Shown one piece after another: positions 58,113 to 64,000 of a stretch of DNA of 64,000 bases (the stretch's first letter is position 1; every line of letters begins with the position of its first letter). A program made the translations under genes and the position numbers. Under the pieces are notes generated by a model. That model was given only the letters and a program-made list of their open reading frames with translations, did no database searches and was not told the origin of the DNA. The stretch covers positions 168,029 to 232,028 of IMG/VR virus record IMGVR_UViG_3300030329_004647. One strand, given 5' to 3'.

Positions 58113-61100
58113 ATGGCAGTAAAAAAATATAATAGTAGATTAGTATTCGGAGATTCTTATAATAGTTTAAGAATAAATGTTTATGCTACTGGAACATATA
58201 AACAAAAACATTATAAAAAAGACAGGTTTATAACGTTTATCTATGATATTAATTATCCAGTTGATGTTTATGTTGGGTGTGATAACAATGACACACCTTA
58301 TGAGTTATTTTTATACTTTAAAAAAGAAGGTATTAAGAATACAATTTGTCCACCTTTAAATAATTTAGAAAGTGATGTGGTACTAAAGATAAAACCAAAA
58401 AATCACTTATTCATACTTGAACAACTAAAAGGAAGTAGACTAACCACTCACGAATTATTTTTACCAGGAAAACAATCGGCTCTAAAAAAGTTTTCATCTC
58501 CTATAGCTGGAAAAAAACATCCTATAGAGATGGTTATACCGGGGATAGCGAATAAAATGTCAAACCAACTAAGTAATCTAGGTTTTGATATTGATTTAAC
58601 AATAAAAAATATTAACACCCCCATAACTAGATTAAATTTTGATGTTGATATTGATAGTAATATAGTTACGGTAGGTGACGTACCCAACATAAAATATTCT
58701 AATGTTAAAGGAACACCGAATATACCTGATTTACCAACTACCTATCTTCCTTTAAAAAATAGTGATTTAAACACAAGATACTTTAAGTTTAATTATGGGT
58801 CTTTTTTTAAGAAAAATAATTTTGATTTTGGTGATTTTAAATATTTGAATACACAGGTTTACGCTGTTCATAATGACGAAAAATATAATGTTAACGTTTG
58901 TGGTATATTAGAAAATGAACAAAAAGAAATTCCTTATAATATATCTAGATTTATTAACGATAAAAATGAAATAAAACCTACTTACCCTTCATATAAAAAT
59001 GGTATTAAAATGTACCCCTTAACCTGGGTAGATGAAATAAGAAATAATCAGTATTTTAATGACTGTAATAGATGTTTAGATATAGAATTTTATTGTAATA
59101 AACAATATGAAGCATTTAAAGCTGCATTAAAAGAGAATCAAATAGCTGAATTAGAGGAAGAATTTATAGTTTCAAATGATGTTCTAAGATATACTCCTAA
59201 ATTTTATACACATATAAATCAATGGATAGAAAGAACTACTTTAAATCCTTTTAATGATGTACAATTTTTTTATAAAGACGATGGTGAAATAAACTATATC
59301 AGAATTTGTCCAGAAAAAGAAATAAAAATAAATCAAAATGAAGACGAAAAAGGTAGGTGTAATTGTTGGTGTAGTGATGGGTATAATTACATACAACCAG
59401 TAGGGCCATATAGTAGAGATTGTGGTGACGAAGATTGTAATGATTGTTGTTGGGATTACTGTAAAAAAATAGGATATAAAGTTGGGGTTAGTGATGAAAT
59501 ATTAGCGCCATTATCTAATTTACGAACAGATTTAATGGCTACTACTTTTTCACCTTACTTAGAGACTTATACTGGTGAAACAATATCCTACACAGGTTAT
59601 AGTAGCACCACTAATGGGGTTTATATTGATACAGGTCAAAATAAAAACCCTGACTTTGATTTATACTTTGATTACGATAATTTTGTAGGTTCCACCCAGA
59701 TTCCAATAGGGGCGTTTGCTGATTCAGCTAAAAGATTACCATTAATTGGTGTACCAGACCTACGTTACCGACCTTACATAGACCCCACAATAAAATATCA
59801 AAGAGGTGGACCACTAAAAACAGGACAGAATGCTGACCTACATACAACATATACTACATTAAGTGCTGGAACTTTTAGGTTTACATACAATGCTTCATTA
59901 GATGTAAAATATTTAGATTCTACTTGGTGTCAATATCTAGCTACAAATTACTATTCTGGAGGAACAATAGATACTGGATTCCCAAATAACGACTACGATT
60001 TAAAAGGTTTAATAAACACTACTTTAATAGACGGAGGAGCTGGTAGTGGTGAAGTTATAAGAGAGGCCACGGACGGAAAATTTTATACGGGTAAAGATGG
60101 AATATCGGGAGATACCGGTATTCTAGATTTTAAATTTGAAATTAGTTTTATATCAACATCATCAGGAGGCACGGAAGAGACACTTAAAACATATAGTGTA
60201 GCTAATAGTGAACTTATCAATCCAGGGTTTGATGATTATCTTACTCTAGATAGAAACATAGTAGAAAAAAATTATAGTGGGTTTAATAGTTGTTACACTA
60301 GTGGTACCACAGGCAATACAATTTTTAGAAAAGATTTTGACATTAATTTGGATACAGGTTTAGTCGCTTTAGGTAGTGGAACTACAGTGGAATTAAAATA
60401 TACAGCTTCATGGAACACCAAGTCAGTATTTTTTGCTGGAAAACCTAGGGTGGTTGTAAATTTAGGACACAAATTAAATGTAAGTGGTGATAGTGAATAT
60501 GCACCGTGGTTAAGAATAACACAACAGGACCACAATCCCGTTCCGTTATCTAAAAAACTATTTTACAATGCCACTAAAAAATCTAGAGCGTTTAGGTTTT
60601 TTAAAGAAGACGAAAAAACAGAACGTAAAAGAAGTACAACTGGTACAATGTTTTTAATAGATAAAGAAAATGAACCTATTTCTATTCCTAATATTACTCA
60701 CGAAACTTTTAACAACCAATTAACTTTTATAGATAATAGTGCGTCTGAACATAGATTATTATTCGACGAAGTATCTTCTAGACCAACTAATAAGTGGCAA
60801 AGTCAAATAGAACAAGGAGAAGTAAAAGACTATTACTTACCTATGGGTAAAACAAAAATGATTGAACGTAATGATGATAGTATAGAATTTTACATGCCAC
60901 AATACGACCAATCGTTAAGTTTAAATTGTAATTACATATTTCCACAAATTAATCATAGTTATATTTTGAGGACAGAATTTATAACTCCTACACAAAATAC
61001 CTTTTATCATAATTTAGTTTTAACACCTAATAGTTGTTTTGACGTACCATGTGAAACACTACCTTTAAATGAAAAGTATAAAATAATACAATCACCTAAA

Positions 61101-61649
61101 TTTAATCCTAGACAATTAACCTATACTGATAATGTCTTAACTATTGATGGTGAACAAATTGTTATAAAAACTGGAACTCCTTCTAGAACAAATCCTCGTC
61201 ATAACGATGGTGGATTTGAGTGTAAGTATTATTGTATATGTGACCCATCTAGAGCTCCAAACACACACCCATTTTATGGCACAAGTGTGGTGTATAGAGA
61301 TGTAAACGCAACTAATTGTGATGAATGTAAACAAAAAGCAGAAAAACATTGTAAGGAACTATCCACAACATGTCTTGCAAAAGTATATTTAGATTGTAGT
61401 GAAGACGAATCTAATCTGTATACAAATGGTACAGAATATTTACTTCCTAATGGACAGAATTATGTTGGGTTTTATCATACACATGATGGTGTAGCAATGG
61501 TTGGAGCTTACCACACCACAAAACCACACGATACTTTAATTCCTATAGGACAGGATAGAAAAGATAGAGTTGGTAGAACGACAATAAGAACAAACACAAA
61601 TAATACAGGAAGTTCGTCTAATACGACTTCAACAACATCATCATATTAA
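58113..61649 (+). CDS. Large Cys-rich structural/appendage protein
   Basis: 1178 aa with two Cys-rich modules, many SGxT motifs and a His-rich C-terminal segment. Confidence 0.6.
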   Translation: MAVKKYNSRLVFGDSYNSLRINVYATGTYKQKHYKKDRFITFIYDINYPVDVYVGCDNNDTPYELFLYFKKEGIKNTICPPLNNLESDVVLKIKPKNHLFILEQLKGSRLTTHELFLPGKQSALKKFSSPIAGKKHPIEMVIPGIANKMSNQLSNLGFDIDLTIKNINTPITRLNFDVDIDSNIVTVGDVPNIKYSNVKGTPNIPDLPTTYLPLKNSDLNTRYFKFNYGSFFKKNNFDFGDFKYLNTQVYAVHNDEKYNVNVCGILENEQKEIPYNISRFINDKNEIKPTYPSYKNGIKMYPLTWVDEIRNNQYFNDCNRCLDIEFYCNKQYEAFKAALKENQIAELEEEFIVSNDVLRYTPKFYTHINQWIERTTLNPFNDVQFFYKDDGEINYIRICPEKEIKINQNEDEKGRCNCWCSDGYNYIQPVGPYSRDCGDEDCNDCCWDYCKKIGYKVGVSDEILAPLSNLRTDLMATTFSPYLETYTGETISYTGYSSTTNGVYIDTGQNKNPDFDLYFDYDNFVGSTQIPIGAFADSAKRLPLIGVPDLRYRPYIDPTIKYQRGGPLKTGQNADLHTTYTTLSAGTFRFTYNASLDVKYLDSTWCQYLATNYYSGGTIDTGFPNNDYDLKGLINTTLIDGGAGSGEVIREATDGKFYTGKDGISGDTGILDFKFEISFISTSSGGTEETLKTYSVANSELINPGFDDYLTLDRNIVEKNYSGFNSCYTSGTTGNTIFRKDFDINLDTGLVALGSGTTVELKYTASWNTKSVFFAGKPRVVVNLGHKLNVSGDSEYAPWLRITQQDHNPVPLSKKLFYNATKKSRAFRFFKEDEKTERKRSTTGTMFLIDKENEPISIPNITHETFNNQLTFIDNSASEHRLLFDEVSSRPTNKWQSQIEQGEVKDYYLPMGKTKMIERNDDSIEFYMPQYDQSLSLNCNYIFPQINHSYILRTEFITPTQNTFYHNLVLTPNSCFDVPCETLPLNEKYKIIQSPKFNPRQLTYTDNVLTIDGEQIVIKTGTPSRTNPRHNDGGFECKYYCICDPSRAPNTHPFYGTSVVYRDVNATNCDECKQKAEKHCKELSTTCLAKVYLDCSEDESNLYTNGTEYLLPNGQNYVGFYHTHDGVAMVGAYHTTKPHDTLIPIGQDRKDRVGRTTIRTNTNNTGSSSNTTSTTSSY

Positions 61650-61650
61650 T

Positions 61651-64000
61651 ATGTTTATAAACAAATACATATCGACACCTAGTCAAACAACAAGTAATTT
61701 TCCACCTAGTGGCACTGACTTTTGTTCAGGTTCAATAGAAGTGTTAAATGTCTCTGGCCTTACTTCTTTAGCTACTGTATCTTGGACAGGTCCAGGAGGA
61801 TTTACTAGTGATGAATGGAACATAACTAATTTATGTGTGGGTTCCTATACTGGAATTAGTAGTACTCCTGATGGTGGTGATAGAGGACAGGTAATTGTAG
61901 ATGTATCTGGTTACACATTACCAGTTTTTTCAGCTGGTACATTTGACGACACAAAACCTACTGAAGATAATAACGCTTGTATAACAGACCCAACTAAGTT
62001 TTGTAAAGTTATAGTATATTCCGCAGCAAGCAATACTGGACAACCAACACTTAACTATAGTTTATACAAAGATGGTGAGTTGTTTAGAGAAAAAATAATT
62101 AATAGTGGTGATACTAGAGTAGAGTTTTCAGATTTACCTAATGGATTATATACCATAAGTGTAGGTGACACTAGTTTATTTGTTGAAGAAAGTAGAGTTA
62201 GTTCAGCATGTTCTGGGTCAAGTGAGGTATTAGGTTTACTTAATTCTGTAGTTTTTAGTTCTAACACAGCATTTAGTTCGATTACTTCTGCCGATACAGT
62301 GATTAATCAACTACAAATTCATCCAGGAACCGAGAAGAGTTACCAAAGAATATCTCCTAATGCTCCTGGAGTATTTAGATTTGATAGATTTGCAGCAACT
62401 CTAAGTGGCTCTGAGCTTGATGATGATGGAAGATACGGGCCTTTTGGAGCATTTAATTCAGGAATATGGAATAACGGGATTATTACCAATGACCCAAGTT
62501 TATGGTTATATACAGGAAGTAGTCCTAGTCAAGGGGTTAATATAAATGAGGACCCAAACACTGGTAGAACTACCGATAACTCAAAATATTGGTACTTAGG
62601 ACAATCCGCGTTTACAGAAACTCCTCTGGCCAACCAACAAGGTACACAAGGCCCTGATAGGGATTTGGCTGGAAATTCATTTTCCAACAATCCTATACCT
62701 TATGTAGGTTCTTTTTACTATAACACCATTTCGGAAAAGTTTATGATGCTTGACACCGTAAGTAGTGGTGGAACAGGATATGGGGGTAAATATAGTGACT
62801 ATGCTTGGAGAACAATTGAACCACTAATAGATGCTGGTTACTCTGGTAACCCAACATCATCTACAGGATATACCGCACTACTTGGTAGTTCTACTGGAAA
62901 TCGACATCATGTTTTTAGATTTTTAGGACAAGGTGGTGACACTCCATGGATGACGGGAATAGAACCTTGGGGTACAGCTCACAATCTCCAAACCTGGTAT
63001 GATATAAGTAATACTTGGGGGCTTGGAAACCAAATGGGACAACTATTAGTATGTAACCCAATTGTCAGACAAGGGCCACTTCACTATATAAGTCCTTGTC
63101 ATTACAACAATTATGAACACAAAGTATATTTCAGTATGAGTGGTAATAATGTAAATTTAACTTATAGTGCTGGACAGTATTTAGGTTCGGGTATTGGAGG
63201 ACCTACAACCACATCGGGAGGTTTAGTTTTAGCAGCTTTTAAAGATGATTCTGGTTTATACGGCACCAGTGGAGTTACACACACAATAACTTTAGAATTG
63301 GATAACATTTCTGGAGCGACCGTTTATCACAATAAAGGTAATGAGGCTCATGGTTTCCAAAGAAGTATAAGAGGTAGAGAAATTGTAGACAGTGATTACG
63401 CTAATCCTGAATCAGTTAAACCTACTACCACTAAACCTTATAAAACATCCACAACAGCAGTAAGAGAAACAACTTTTAGGGAGTTTAGTAATGTTATATT
63501 AAGAAATTGGGCATCAGGAGCAACAGACATGGGTCCTAATTTAGCTAGAGTGCATGATGTGGGTCCCTTTACAGCGAATAGCTATTATTATTCGGGTACT
63601 TTAGACGGAAACGATACAGTAAGAAACCAAGGACAAGTTTATATTGGGGTATCCCGTACAGGTCAATATGGACAACATTTCAAAATTCAGATGACTAAAA
63701 CAATGATGCCAAGTGGTGCCGGCCGTCCGTATAATAGAGCTCAAATACAGTCAGGTTCAAATAGGTTCTATCCTGATTACGAAATAAATTTTAACTTAAT
63801 GGATAAGACCACTTGGTCGGGAAGTGCACAGTCAGCTCCTAGTTGGACAGACGGTACCGAACTTTATAAATTTTTGGGTGGAACAAGAGTAGGTTATACT
63901 CATTCATCTAACGCACTAAGTGGTGTGAGTTATTGGTACGGTGCAGGATTTACTGGTACACCATCAAATAGTATTGTTAATGTGACGGAACCACCACTCG
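61651..64000 (+). CDS. Appendage/adhesin-like protein with SprB-like repeat, 3'-truncated (absent from ORF track)
   Basis: ATG 61651: MFINKYISTPSQTTS...CSGSIEVLNVSG...VSWTGPGGFTSDEWNITNLCVGSYT. No stop in the stretches translated (61651-62460 and the last line); appears to run off the window. Confidence 0.75.
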   Translation, partial: MFINKYISTPSQTTSNFPPSGTDFCSGSIEVLNVSGLTSLATVSWTGPGGFTSDEWNITNLCVGSYTGISSTPDGGDRGQVIVDVSGYTLPVFSAGTFDDTKPTEDNNACITDPTKFCKVIVYSAASNTGQPTLNYSLYKDGELFREKIINSGDTRVEFSDLPNGLYTISVGDTSLFVEESRVSSACSGSSEVLGLLNSVVFSSNTAFSSITSADTVINQLQIHPGTEKSYQRISPNAPGVFRFDRFAATLSGSELDDDGRYGPFGAFNSGIWNNGIITNDPSLWLYTGSSPSQGVNINEDPNTGRTTDNSKYWYLGQSAFTETPLANQQGTQGPDRDLAGNSFSNNPIPYVGSFYYNTISEKFMMLDTVSSGGTGYGGKYSDYAWRTIEPLIDAGYSGNPTSSTGYTALLGSSTGNRHHVFRFLGQGGDTPWMTGIEPWGTAHNLQTWYDISNTWGLGNQMGQLLVCNPIVRQGPLHYISPCHYNNYEHKVYFSMSGNNVNLTYSAGQYLGSGIGGPTTTSGGLVLAAFKDDSGLYGTSGVTHTITLELDNISGATVYHNKGNEAHGFQRSIRGREIVDSDYANPESVKPTTTKPYKTSTTAVRETTFREFSNVILRNWASGATDMGPNLARVHDVGPFTANSYYYSGTLDGNDTVRNQGQVYIGVSRTGQYGQHFKIQMTKTMMPSGAGRPYNRAQIQSGSNRFYPDYEINFNLMDKTTWSGSAQSAPSWTDGTELYKFLGGTRVGYTHSSNALSGVSYWYGAGFTGTPSNSIVNVTEPPL

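Noticed and set aside
7376-62267. Numerous short antisense or overlapping ORFs in the track (e.g. 7376-7621, 17487-17813, 21058-21468, 33439-33933, 44355-44786, 56583-56864)
   Set aside because: They lie opposite or inside well-supported genes and show shadow-ORF composition (S/I/F/L-rich) without motifs.
1-64000. Eukaryotic giant virus (NCLDV) or eCIS interpretation prompted by PolB, SNF2, SOD and RNR, or by the sheath/tube genes
   Set aside because: T4-type neck, tape measure and baseplate genes plus gp32-like SSB, RecA and DnaB indicate a tailed bacteriophage; an eCIS would not carry a replication module.
1-64000. Stop-codon reassignment (code 4 or 15), as in some large phages
   Set aside because: Long ORFs are intact and tightly packed under code 11, and TAA, TAG and TGA all end genes at natural boundaries.
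1-64000. tRNA or rRNA genes
   Set aside because: No cloverleaf with T-loop GTTCRA signature was seen in the few intergenic gaps, and there is no room for rRNA.

Overview
This window is 64 kb of an AT-rich, large (probably jumbo) T4-like myophage genome read in the standard genetic code. It contains the neck, tail and baseplate module: gp13/14/15-like neck, a 1361-aa sheath, tube, tail-assembly chaperone, tape measure, gp53/gp27/gp25/gp6-like baseplate, and many large fibre or appendage proteins. Replication genes are interleaved: family-B polymerase, SNF2 helicase, gp32-like SSB, RecA/UvsX, 5'-3' exonuclease, DnaB/gp41 helicase and class II RNR. Accessory genes are a Mn-type SOD, a HAD phosphatase, a Mom-like DNA modifier, a small membrane protein plus minimal 8-stranded outer-membrane beta-barrel cassette, and an unannotated ribbon-helix-helix-like gene. 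The beta-barrel signal peptide and SprB-like repeats suggest a Bacteroidota host (inference). No head, terminase, tRNA, CRISPR or integrase genes were seen. The most interesting signals are: (1) a candidate +1/-2 programmed frameshift (GAG TTT TTT CGT C) joining the tail chaperone to a short ORF missed by the ORF track; (2) a shared N-terminal 'hydrophobic-K/R-K/R-hydrophobic...E' leader on SOD, the HAD enzyme and several hypotheticals, suggesting capsid-packaged, injected cargo; (3) a TATTTAT motif before almost every structural transcription unit, the reverse complement of the T4 late box core; (4) the OMP cassette, apparently late-expressed; (5) strong GATC avoidance together with a Mom-like gene. 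All family assignments come from motif recognition by eye; no database searches were run.
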